NCBI GenBank assembly: GCA_030295235.1
Contig: AP026150.1
Span: forward strand, 186,001 to 250,000
Reading direction: 5' to 3'
Length of the DNA stretch: 64,000 nucleotides
Source of the DNA: Fistulifera solaris
Taxonomy: Eukaryota
Positions 50,639 through 61,540 of this stretch are shown here, one piece after another. Position 1 is the stretch's first letter; each line of letters begins with the position of its first letter. The position numbers and the translations under genes were made by a program. Below the pieces are notes generated by a model. That model did not search any database and had not been told where the DNA came from. It saw nothing but the letters and a program-made list of their open reading frames with translations.

Positions 50639-52335
50639 CTAGCTTCTCATCCTTGAGTCTTGAGCAGCTTTCTTTGTTGCCCGCGGTAGCGCTCGCTCAA
50701 TCTGGCGTTTTGAATCCACCCCGATTCAACCGGAGGCATCGACGTTGGAAGTACAGTCTCCTGCAGCTCGGGACTATCTCCTCCCGGACCGGTACCATGA
50801 AACAACTCACACAGCACATCCGGGATGATGGGATAGGAGCCACGCAGAAAAAGGAAAGTTATGCGGCGCTTTCGACCAACGATGTCGCAACCAGCAATGG
50901 CCGTTCAGGTGTAGAATCCGTCACCAGCTTTTCCGATCCATTGAAGAAATCATTCCGTAAATACACTTTGTCGATACTACCTCCGTTGGAACACCTGCCG
51001 TTGTCATCATAGACTGTAATGAACCTGTTGCGGGTAAGCAATTGCTCTAACGAATCATAAACATCGTCACAGTGCTCTTTATGAAAGGAATCGTCATCTC
51101 CTGAATCATGTGCGTATGGACCTATTGTGTCAAAAATGAATGTGCGCAGCCCTGGGTGACTTTCCATAGCCCTGAAAATATCACTCGAGTAGTCGTACCA
51201 GTCGCATTACCAGGCTAAAAGTTGGCGCAAATCTCCCAGGTCCAAATGCTCCAGCTTGCTGTTGGCGTTAATCACTCTAATCAGTGCTTCCACCAAGTCA
51301 CTACTGTCGAATCTGCTGTATCCAAAATTAGAGATTCGCACTGATAAGCTCAATGTCTCTAGGTGGCCGCACTCAGCCATCCTGTCAAGCAATAAAGCAA
51401 GACATTCGCCCCAGTCGGGCGAATCGAACGTAAGCATCTTCGCTCACTTCTAAATACAAGTGCTTGGCAAAAATATTCATGCCATCAAAATCACTTGGCC
51501 GCAATTTGGAAATATCAAACTCATAGCCTATAGAATTCGCCCTTGCGGCTTAAACGGAAGATGAGCGCATTCCTGGTCCAACTGACAAATGCGGCGCATC
51601 GAATGTTATTTCCAGATTAAAGAGACGCTGCAAATTGCTGGGACTAATGGGCACCTCTTGGTCGTCAGAGTCAAAAGCGAACGATCCAAAAGTAGGCTCT
51701 TGTCGTTTTTCCAGTGCGTCTACAAAGGCCGTTCCCTCGTCTTTGAAACGAACATCACTGAGCTCTATGTTTAAAGGGTAAGCACGTGTGGCCAAGACGA
51801 CAGACTGCTCGGGGCTCAAAGTCCCAAACTTAAAGCAGTAATGTCGTTCCGGATTGGCATCAAGTGCGCGTGCGAGCTGCTCAGGTTGGAGGGCATCAAA
51901 GTCAAATAAACAATTGGTCTTCGGAAGACGTACATCGAGAGTAGATGATGAGCTGTTGTTAGAGAGTTTCAGCGACCAGATAAATGTAGCAGTCTCCGCA
52001 ACAGCCTGATCGCTGCCAACGATAGCAAATATGGTAAACTTTCCTCTCGCCTCATCGTATATTCTGAAACAGAGGAATTTTTTCAGTTGATAGCTAAAGT
52101 TTTCCGTAATGTAAAGGAAAACACCATATTTCTCACACAATATCATTATGCCTGCACCAGTGACAACATCTGCATGACATTTCAAGTCATTCAAATGAGT
52201 CGGTTCCCTTCGCATTCGGTATAGGGGTAAGCTGACCCCAAATATCATCGCTGTAAGTGCTTTTAAAGATGGTAGCAGTCGATCGTCGTCTGGCACCAGT
52301 TCTAAAACAGCGTCATTCTCCTCTCGCTCTACCAT
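50639..52335 (-). pseudogene. Lineage-specific family member 3 (type A), probable pseudogene
   Basis: Three ORF fragments; in-frame TAA at 51207-51209 plus frameshifts near 51590, 51435 and 50860; ends PRATKKAA. Confidence 0.75.
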
Positions 52336-52946
52336 TTTCGCTGCGGTTAATAGAAAAGGTAGAAGATAATGAACGAGGATTAAAGTATGTTGATTTCTTT
52401 AAAGTATAAACAAGCTGTAGCAGGATACGGCCAGAGGTCGCATTCGTTCATCATTACGTAAAACACCACCGGAACCAGTACCAGGTACGTTACGCGTTAC
52501 GCGTAGCGGTGCCGTACCAGGTACTGTATCATGTCGCTCCCAAGGTCGCTCCTGCCTCCTGCTCTGTAAACTTTAAGTACTATAAATAATGATAAAGAGA
52601 ACTGTTATGCGGGACGCAGTGGGTGGACAGACGGACTATTCGTGTCTCAATCACACTACTGTGTCTTGTGTGCGGACGATGGCGATAAGGATAATAGATT
52701 TCTCTCCTTCGGTATTTCGCTAGTTGCTGCGCTATAAACGTAGATAAACAACTATTATCTAAGCCTCTTTTCTGAGATATATTAGATCCCGTAAAGTGTG
52801 TGATGAATCTTCTCCGCAACATCCTATTACTTAGCATAAGTCCTAGGCTTTCAAAACGGATTGCTATCCAAAATATAGACTATGTTCAGCTTCATACCAG
52901 GTACGGTATGGACCAAATATCACACAAAATAATCATCTAAAGACAT

Positions 52947-54641
52947 CTAGCTTTTCCGATACTTTATTTTCGAGCAGCTTTCTTTTGCTGCCCGCAGCGG
53001 CTGAATCCTCAACTTGCGTTTCGAATCCACCGATTTAGCGAGAGGAGTTACTGTCTCCTCCGGAGCCACAAACAACTTCACTAAATTAGCATCGTGAAGC
53101 AACTCACACAATATGTCTGCATGATTCGACAGCAATAGCGCAGAGTTCTGAAATGTTTCGGCAGCGCTTTCGACCAGAGCTGTCGCTACGAGCAACGGCC
53201 TTGAAGATGGCGGCTCCTTGACAAGCTCTTTATATCCGTCCATTCTGTTCAACAAATAAACGCAATCAATTTCTTCTCCATTGGAGCATCTTGTTCCTGA
53301 ACTGTCGTGAACAACAATTTTTGGGTTCTTGGAGACCAATTGCTTAAGCCAATCATAGACATCAGATCCGTCCTCTGAATCTTCGCTGGTAGAATCATCA
53401 CTGTCGGAATCCTCCATCTCGGGACAATACTCGTGAGGCACAATTTCGTCCACAATGAATTTGCGGAGGCTAGGGTGGTGTTCCATGGCTTTAAACATTG
53501 CCTTGAATTGAAAGGCCCAATCCAAACACCGGTACGATTCGCCCAAATCCAGGCACTCTAAATCGGAGTTGTCAATAACGGCTTCGATCAATGCTTCGGC
53601 GATGTGTGTAGTATCTTTGACTTTATAATATCCTTCGAACCCCTGATGAACGGAGAAGCGCAACTTTTGAAAATGACCGAGCTCGGCTATTCGTTCAAAG
53701 ATGGAGACGAGGTGTTCATCCCAATCATATGTATCGCCCAAGTTGATTCTCAAATCAAGATCGTTTGTCAAGATATTGACGTCCTCAAAATCACTTGAAT
53801 CCAACAACGTAAGGTTGAACTCATAACTGAGTGCGTTTGTTCTTATGGAAAAAGGAAGAAGGGCGCATTCATCATACAAAATACCCAAATCGAGCTTTTT
53901 GAATGTTATATTCAGATTGAGAAAACGCTCGATATTGTCGTGACTCATAGGGAGTAGATGAGCATAACAAAATGTCATGCTGAACAAGCCAAAGGAAGGT
54001 TGATCTCGTTTTGATAGCGCGTTGACAAACGCTGTTCCGTTGTCACCGAGACTCAACCATGTCAGCTTCACATTTAAAGGAAACGAACGTGTCGCCAAGA
54101 CAACGGAATGCTCAGGACTCAAAGTACCTTCTACAAATTCGTAAATCCTTCCCGGATTCGCGTCAAAGACATGTGCTAGCTGCTCGGGTTGAAAAACAGC
54201 AGCAAAATCAAACTGATCCGTGGATGGGATAGGAATTTTGAGACGAGATCCCTTAGCGTCGTTGTGCTTCAACGACAAGAAGAAGGTAGCCGTCTCAGCA
54301 ATCGCAGCATCTGTTTTTCCATAGATCTTGAAATCGAATCCATCTCCATAGCCGTCGTATATTGTGAATGAGAAACTGCGCTCCTGAAACCGAAATGCCC
54401 AGAACAAAGAGCTTGTGATATTTGTGTTGCAAATGAGGGTACCATTATCGCGCCAAATCGCGATCGTTTTCTGAAATACTATCCAGCCAAAGTCATTCCA
54501 CTGCGTTGGTTCTCGTCGTAACTTGTACATGGGAACCCGATACAATGAGTTGATGGGTCGAAATGATAATTGTTCCGGTGACAGCTGACTGAGTGGAATG
54601 TATTGCAAAAATAGATGATTCTCCATTTCCCGTCGCATCAT
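52947..54641 (-). CDS. Lineage-specific family member 4 (type B), open ORF
   Basis: PMYKLRREP, IAIWRDNGTLIC, GKTDAAIAETATF, VLATRSFPL, RCSNGEEID, RPLLVATAL; start uncertain among 54647, 54641 and 54638. Confidence 0.85.
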   Translation of the reverse strand: MMRREMENHLFLQYIPLSQLSPEQLSFRPINSLYRVPMYKLRREPTQWNDFGWIVFQKTIAIWRDNGTLICNTNITSSLFWAFRFQERSFSFTIYDGYGDGFDFKIYGKTDAAIAETATFFLSLKHNDAKGSRLKIPIPSTDQFDFAAVFQPEQLAHVFDANPGRIYEFVEGTLSPEHSVVLATRSFPLNVKLTWLSLGDNGTAFVNALSKRDQPSFGLFSMTFCYAHLLPMSHDNIERFLNLNITFKKLDLGILYDECALLPFSIRTNALSYEFNLTLLDSSDFEDVNILTNDLDLRINLGDTYDWDEHLVSIFERIAELGHFQKLRFSVHQGFEGYYKVKDTTHIAEALIEAVIDNSDLECLDLGESYRCLDWAFQFKAMFKAMEHHPSLRKFIVDEIVPHEYCPEMEDSDSDDSTSEDSEDGSDVYDWLKQLVSKNPKIVVHDSSGTRCSNGEEIDCVYLLNRMDGYKELVKEPPSSRPLLVATALVESAAETFQNSALLLSNHADILCELLHDANLVKLFVAPEETVTPLAKSVDSKRKLRIQPLRAAKESCSKIKYRKS

Positions 54642-55096
54642 TTTCATCCAATTCTTCCGCGTCACACCCGAATATTCTTTATTTGCTTTGATGAATGAGT
54701 AACACACCCAATGATGAAAGAATAATGCGAGATGGATAAACTTCGAGCCAAAATGCTGCTTTGTGTGTGTTTTGCTCTTATTTAGCGGTACTAATAAGGT
54801 TAACGTTAACAACAGATAGCTATAAGGCCAGTTCGAGCCAAAGTTTAGATTTCAGTAAATGCATTGTTAATCAAAATCTTGACTTAGCTACAATTTTCTC
54901 CCCGAAACGCAGTCTGGACGACTCTTGTCCAATGTAGTCAAAACGAGAAAGCTTAGGATCGTATCGTACCTGGTAGTGAAGTAGCTTTCTTGATAGCTCG
55001 TCGCGGCTGAATCCTCAACTCGCTCTTCGAATGATCTCTTTGATAAAAAAGTGTTTATGTTTATATTCAGAAAAAGACGCCTTCTTACTTTTCAAC

Positions 55097-56756
55097 CTAG
55101 AGTCTTGAGCAGCTTTCTTTGTTGCCCGCGGCAACGACTTGCTCATTCTACGTTTCGAATGCTTCTATTCGACCGGTGGCATCGACGTTGGAAGGACAGT
55201 CTCTTGCGGCGCCGGGACTATATCCTCCGGACCGCTACCATGAAACAACTCACACAGCACATCCAGATGATGGGATAGGAGCCACGCAAAAACATGAAAG
55301 TTACGAGAAGCGCTTCCGACCAACGATGTCGCCACCAGCAATGGCCGTCCAGGTGTAGAATCCGTCACCAGCTTTTCCGATCCATTGAAGAAATCATTCC
55401 GTAAATACACTTTGTCGATACTACCTCCGTTGGAACACCTGCCGTTGTCATCATAGACTGTAATGAACCTGTTGCGGGTAAGCAATTGCCCTAACGAATC
55501 ATAAACATCGTCACAGTGCTCTTTATGAAAGGAATCGTCATCTCCTGAATCATGTGCGTTTGGACCTATTGTGTCAAAAATGAATGTGCGCAGCCCTGGG
55601 TGACTTTCCATAGCCCTGAAGATATCCCTCGCGTCGTCGCACCACTGGAAAAGTATGCGCATATTTCCCAAGTCTAAATACTTCAACTTGGAGTTGGCAT
55701 TAATCAATGTAATCAGTGCTTGTAACACGTGGTTACTATCGATTCCATCATGTCCAATGTTAAAATCACTCGCTGATAAGCGCAATGTCTCTAGGTGGCC
55801 GCACTCAGCCATCCTGTCAAACAATAAAGCAAGACATACGCCCCAGTCGGGCGAATCGAACGAAGCATCTTCGCTCACTTCTAAATACAAGTGCCTGGCA
55901 AGAATATTCATGCCATCAAAATCACTTGGCCGCAATTCGGAAATATCAAACCCATAGCCTATAGAATTCGCCCACGCGGCGAACGGAAGATGAGCGCATT
56001 CCCGGTCCCACTGACACATGTCGAGCATATTTCGAGACCAAAGAGACGGTGCATATTAATAGGGCTGATCGGCATATCTTGGCCGTACCAGAACTCAAAC
56101 TTGAACGATCTAAAGGTAGAATTTCGTTTATTTTCGATTGCGTCGACAAAAGCCGTTCCCTTGTCTTTGAAAGCAACGCCCTTGATCCATATGTTCAAAG
56201 GATAAACACGTGTAGCCAAGACGACGGACTGCTCGGAACTCAGAGTCCCACGCTCAAAGCAGTAGTGCAGTTCCGGATTTGCGTCAAGTGCGCCTGCGAG
56301 CTGCTCGGGTTGGAGTGCATCAGAGTCAAATAAATCGTTGGTACTCGGCAGACATACTTCGAGACGAGATGATGTGTTGTCGTTAGAGAATTTCAGCGAC
56401 CAAATAAAGTAGCTGCTTCTGCAACAGACTGATTGTTGCCAACTATAGCATATTCAGTCGTCGATTTAAGCGCCTCGTCGTACATTCTGAAACGGAGAAA
56501 TGGCTCCAAGATTTATTGGAATAGTTCTTCTCGATGAAGATGAGAACGCCATATTTTTCGCACAATATCATTATGCCTGCATCTGTAACAACACCTTCAT
56601 GAGAGTTCAACTCATTCAAATAAGACGGTTCTCTCCGCATGCGGTAGAGGGGTACATTGAGCCCGGGAGATGTCGATCTGATTAAATAAAACCAAGGCGG
56701 CAGATGATCTTCTGGAATGAGTTCTAAAACAGCATCATTCTCCTCTCGCTCTGCAT
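55097..56756 (-). pseudogene. Lineage-specific family member 5 (type A), probable pseudogene
   Basis: Close paralog of member 3; many frameshifts in the 5' half; in-frame TAG at 55165-55167 before the PRATKKAA tail. Confidence 0.72.
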
Positions 56757-57158
56757 TTCGTTGCGGTTAACTAAAGATGAAGAGTAATAAACAAAGATAC
56801 AGAACGGCTGGAAGCTGCAAACATGACGCCTGATGGACGGACGATTCGTAGTAACTACAGTAGTAATCATTCGAGCTAGCTAGGTTTTGTCGCTTCGTAA
56901 TTGTTGCAGTGGCCATCGTGGTGCTCGACTTGCGTGACCAAACCGACACAAAACCATTCTTATCTTTTTTTCGTCACTATCTTTGTGTTCATAGTGTGTT
57001 TAACAAATCGTTTTTCAGCTTCGGATTTCATCGATCGTGCTAAGGGAACACAAGCGGCTAAAACAGCGACTGTTATGCCCGCACCATCTGCTAAAATTAA
57101 TATGAACCATTTATCACACAGTTATAATAAACGAAAACAGCAAATGCTTTCGCGTGTC

Positions 57159-58811
57159 CTAACTTCGAGCAGCTTTCTTTGTTGCCCGCGGCGGCGACTC
57201 GTTCCTTCGGCGTTTCGGGTCCTCCGATGATTCAACTGAAGGTCTCGAGGCTGGCGCTGCTTCTATTGCTTCCTCTGATACCACAGTAAGTTCCTCAATA
57301 TTGACGGCTTGCACCAAATCACACAGCATGTCAGCATGATCCGACAATAGTAGTGCAGAGTGCTGGAACTTTCCGGAACAACTTCCGACCAGCGCCGTCG
57401 TCACAAGTAACGGCCGAAGGGGTGTTGCATCTTTGACAAGATTGGTAGATTTATTTAGTATGTCATTCAGCAAATAAATATTGTCAATTTCTTCTCCATT
57501 GGAGCATCTCTTTCTTGAGCTATCATACACGACAATCTTTCGATTTCTGGAGAGTAATTGCCGAAGCCATTGATAAACGGCAGCTTCGCTCTCGGAACCT
57601 TCACTTTCGGAATCGTAGTCCAGAGGCAATAGTTTGTCCAAATGAAACTTGCGCAGTCCCTGGTGGTCTTCCATGGCTTTGAAAATACCTTGAAAGTGGG
57701 AGGACCACTGAAGACACCGGTAAGTATCGCTCAAATCTAGACACTCCAGCTTGGTGTTGGCAGTAATGGCTGCAATTAATGCTTCGGCAATGTGTGCGCT
57801 ATCTTCGTGTATAATATACCCGTAGTGGCCCTCGTCCACGGATACACACAAACGTTGAAAATGACCCAACTCCGCCATTCGGTTGAAGAGGGCAACGAGA
57901 AGTTCATCCCAATTAAAGGTACTGCCCAAAATTATTCTCAGATCAAGATCTTTTGCTACAACATCCAGCGTTTCAAAATCGCTTGCATCGAAAGGGGTAA
58001 GTTCAATCACGTACTTGAGTGCATTTGTTTTCATGGATAATGGAAGAAGGGCACATTCGCTATCCAACATACATAACTCAAGCTTGTCAAAGGTTAAATT
58101 CAGCTTGAGAAAACGCTCTAGATTGTCGCTACTCAGAGGTATATGATCTGTATTAGGAAATGTCATGACGAACATGCCAAAGGAATATTGCTGTCGTGTC
58201 TCCATCGCGTCGACAAAAGCCGTGCCATTGTCTTCAAAACTAGCACATGTTAGCCACACATGCAAAGGAAAGGACCGCGTCGCCAAGACAACCGACTGCT
58301 CTGCACTCCAATTGCCTTTTTCGAATCGGAAAAGTCTTAGCGGATTGGCGTCTAAAATGCGTGCCAGCTGCTCAGGTAGTAAGCTAGGGAGGATAGGGAT
58401 TGCCAAATAAGATTCTTCGTCTTCTCCTTGCTTTAACGACCACAAAAACGTGGCCGTTTCCGCAATTGCAGCATCTGTTTTTCCGTAGATATTACAGTAA
58501 GTTCCGTGTATGCCGATCTCATAGCCTTCATAGAGTGAAAATGATATGTATTGTTCTCGAAACCCATTTGGCCGCCAAAAATGATTATCCTCAATGCAAA
58601 GAAGAGTTCCGTTTTCGCGCCAAATTGCCAAGTCGTGGTTGAAAAATGCGCTGTCGTCAAATAAGTCGCCCCAAACAGTCGGATCTCGTCGCATTCGGTA
58701 TAGCGGTATTCTCTCTTCGTTCGACGGTCGGAATGCCTTTTGTTCCTCTGACAGTTGATCGACCGGAATCAATTCCAGTAAGGGATGATCCTTCCTATCT
58801 GGTCGCGCCAT
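57159..58811 (-). CDS. Lineage-specific family member 6 (type B), open ORF
   Basis: Collinear with member 4; C-terminal KRRRNESPPRATKKAARS. Confidence 0.85.
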   Translation of the reverse strand: MARPDRKDHPLLELIPVDQLSEEQKAFRPSNEERIPLYRMRRDPTVWGDLFDDSAFFNHDLAIWRENGTLLCIEDNHFWRPNGFREQYISFSLYEGYEIGIHGTYCNIYGKTDAAIAETATFLWSLKQGEDEESYLAIPILPSLLPEQLARILDANPLRLFRFEKGNWSAEQSVVLATRSFPLHVWLTCASFEDNGTAFVDAMETRQQYSFGMFVMTFPNTDHIPLSSDNLERFLKLNLTFDKLELCMLDSECALLPLSMKTNALKYVIELTPFDASDFETLDVVAKDLDLRIILGSTFNWDELLVALFNRMAELGHFQRLCVSVDEGHYGYIIHEDSAHIAEALIAAITANTKLECLDLSDTYRCLQWSSHFQGIFKAMEDHQGLRKFHLDKLLPLDYDSESEGSESEAAVYQWLRQLLSRNRKIVVYDSSRKRCSNGEEIDNIYLLNDILNKSTNLVKDATPLRPLLVTTALVGSCSGKFQHSALLLSDHADMLCDLVQAVNIEELTVVSEEAIEAAPASRPSVESSEDPKRRRNESPPRATKKAARS

Positions 58812-59459
58812 TTCACTAGATTTTGTCAAGTGATGCTCAAAGAAGATTTCTAGCTTTTGAAGGTGCGAGCCGATTTGATTTTCTGTTTTCTTGATAAATT
58901 GTAGAGAATCGATTGATTGCAAACAAAGAAAATTATAAAAGACATTACGCGCTACATGCTGCGATTCTGCTTCCGCGAGAGGCTTTTCACTCCTTGAAAC
59001 CTTCGCTTATTCTTATTCCGCCATTCATGCCGGCACCGGTAACGGTAAACCCTAAACCCTAGGATGGACCGTGACCGACACACCACATTTCAACATTCTG
59101 GTGCTTTTATTGTTGCGCCTTACGCTAAGCGTACTAAGGTCAACGTTAAAAAGGTCTTCGAGTAGATGGCCGTCCGGTATCGGACCTAGCATTAATTCCT
59201 TGCAACGTATTGGTTTTATCTACAAAATATTACGGAGTATGTGCTACATACACTCACGACCCAAGATAATTGCGAATAAACTTGCATACAAACATACCGT
59301 AATAGAGATAACGTATAGATTGCGTATAATCAATTCAGACAATGTTGTGGCAGCACATAGCTAGTGCCAAAGGTGCATCCTGTGGATGCGCGTTAACAAG
59401 TTTTGCTCCTTCTCTTTCAAAAAAGCAAATATTGAAATATGTGGTGTTGATCAATACGA

Positions 59460-60794
59460 CTATTCTTTCTCTTTCTTGTCGAGAATCACTTGGCCCGCTG
59501 CGATTCGAAAGGCCTTGCTATCTCCCGGACGACGCGTCACCTTCCGAGATCGACGATCCAATTCTTCTGCGGCCTGATCTAACGTTACACCAGCCTTGGC
59601 GGCTCGTGTCATAGCAAAGTACAAGACATCTGCTAATTCCTCTGCTACATGCTGGGATGTATCAGCTTCAGCCAATTCTTGCGCTTCTTCGACTAGCTTA
59701 TCGCGCAGCAAGTGCTCATCTTCAAACAATCGCTTCGTGTAGGATCCTTCCGGCGCCGAATGCATCCGTTCTTGCAGGGTCTCTTCGAGATGCCGCAATC
59801 CTCGCGAGACACCCCAACAAGTGTAAGTCTCCAGGTGACAAAACGCGGGCGGTTTCGTGGTTTCACTCGTATTTTGAGTCACGGTAAATCGCAAAGCATC
59901 TCCATCGCAATCAACATCGAGACGGTGCAAAGTTTGAAAGTGACCCGAAGTATCCCCTTTCCGCCACAAGCCTTGTCGACTGCGTGAATAGTAGACCCCT
60001 CGACCGCATTCGAGTGCGGCGATGATAGAATCGGTGTTCGAGTACACCAATCCCAGGGCAATGCCTTGACGGGAGCATACGACGGTCGTAAAGAGACCGT
60101 CGGGTCGGTCAGAACGAATGCACGATGCATAGCAGCGTCCTAACAAGGAAGGACTGGGATCGATCAGAGCGACGGTGACGGAACTGTGTTTCAGTGAGTT
60201 GATGCGTTGCACGAGTTTAAGGACATCGCCTTCCTTCCATTCCGATGAATTGACATGCAACGATAAAGACATATCCTTGTGGTGCTCCGCCAGAGCCATT
60301 ACATCATTGACATCTGAATTCACCGAGACGCTATATCTCGTACACAATTCTTTCATTTCTTCCGTCACGATCGGAACCATCTCCGAGTGCAACATTAGCC
60401 GTTCCGACGGCAATCGTGCCGCATCCAAAGCTTCTACGGTATCCACTACTACTGTTTGACAACCGGCATCCAGGAAACAACTCGCGAGGCATCCATTCGA
60501 TCGAATGACATCTTCCGCGGGCAAAACAACCTCCACATCGACCACGGAAACATCCAATTGTAATGTGGTTTGCAAAAATGTCTGTGTGAAAGCTACAGAT
60601 TGCTTCATATATTTCTTTTGCAACTTTTTGTCATCTACTTCGTTCGCTTGTTGGATCGTCAAGTTCCGAATGGAGGCATACGCTTCCTCGTACGACGCTG
60701 GTTGAATACGACAACGACCGACGGCCGTCAAGCCAAGCCGTTGTTCTGAAACAGGTGTATCCTTGACAAAGGAAGGATAAGGCAGGTAATTCAT
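59460..60794 (-). CDS. hisIE: Bifunctional phosphoribosyl-AMP cyclohydrolase / phosphoribosyl-ATP pyrophosphatase with N-terminal extension
   Basis: SDRPDGLFTTVV, YYSRSRQGLWRKGDTSG, DCDGDAL, FCH...TCW, GSYTKRLF, KLVEEAQEL, EELADVLYF. Confidence 0.93.
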   Translation of the reverse strand: MNYLPYPSFVKDTPVSEQRLGLTAVGRCRIQPASYEEAYASIRNLTIQQANEVDDKKLQKKYMKQSVAFTQTFLQTTLQLDVSVVDVEVVLPAEDVIRSNGCLASCFLDAGCQTVVVDTVEALDAARLPSERLMLHSEMVPIVTEEMKELCTRYSVSVNSDVNDVMALAEHHKDMSLSLHVNSSEWKEGDVLKLVQRINSLKHSSVTVALIDPSPSLLGRCYASCIRSDRPDGLFTTVVCSRQGIALGLVYSNTDSIIAALECGRGVYYSRSRQGLWRKGDTSGHFQTLHRLDVDCDGDALRFTVTQNTSETTKPPAFCHLETYTCWGVSRGLRHLEETLQERMHSAPEGSYTKRLFEDEHLLRDKLVEEAQELAEADTSQHVAEELADVLYFAMTRAAKAGVTLDQAAEELDRRSRKVTRRPGDSKAFRIAAGQVILDKKEKE

Positions 60795-61150
60795 GCTCGT
60801 AATGCTTGTAATGAAGAAAATGGGCGAGAAGTGTTTTGAATCATCGTCATCGTCTCGACGTGCGATGAATGAGGTTCCCTTAAATTAAATTTTGGACGGA
60901 TGAGGGATAAGGATGTTTCTAGACGGAACATGGACGGACGGTGAGCTAATCATTGAGTACCGGTTAGAAGTACACTATACGATAAAGTAGGCGACATTTA
61001 GTTTACCGCATTACTAAAATGATGCTCCCACCGTTCGCGAACGAACAACAACAACAATAACTCCAACAAAACGAGACGACTGTGTAACATCTTTCTTTTG
61101 TTGAATTCTTCTTTTCTTTTCTTATATTTAACAACAAACAAACAACAAAA

Positions 61151-61540
61151 ATGCCTTTCCAACGTTTTATGGAAGTCGGTCGCATTGTGCTGATCAACTA
61201 CGGCCCCGAGGCGGGCAAGTTGGCCACCGTAATTGATGTCGTGGATCAGAACAAGTGTTTGATTGACGGTCCCCAAACGGGCCGACAAGTGATTTCCTTC
61301 ACTCGCATTGCCTTGACCGACTTGACGGTCAAAATTCAACGAAATGCCCGCCCCAAGACCTTGGCCAAGGCCTGGGAAGAAGCCGGTACTCTGGCGGCCT
61401 GGGAGAAGAGTTCGTGGGCGAAAAAGTTGATTGCCAAGAAGAAACGAGCATCCTTGAATGATTTCGATCGATTCAAAGTTATGGTAGCCCGAAAGCAGAA
61501 GCGTGAAATCATTGAAAAGAAAATGAAGGAACTGGCTTGA
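61151..61540 (+). CDS. RPL14: 60S ribosomal protein eL14
   Basis: MPFQRFMEVGRIVLINYGPEAGKL...LNDFDRFKVM. Confidence 0.97.
   Translation: MPFQRFMEVGRIVLINYGPEAGKLATVIDVVDQNKCLIDGPQTGRQVISFTRIALTDLTVKIQRNARPKTLAKAWEEAGTLAAWEKSSWAKKLIAKKKRASLNDFDRFKVMVARKQKREIIEKKMKELA

Noticed and set aside
59047..59061. AAACCCTAAACCCTA telomere-like sequence
   Set aside because: Only two units in an internal position; too short to call.
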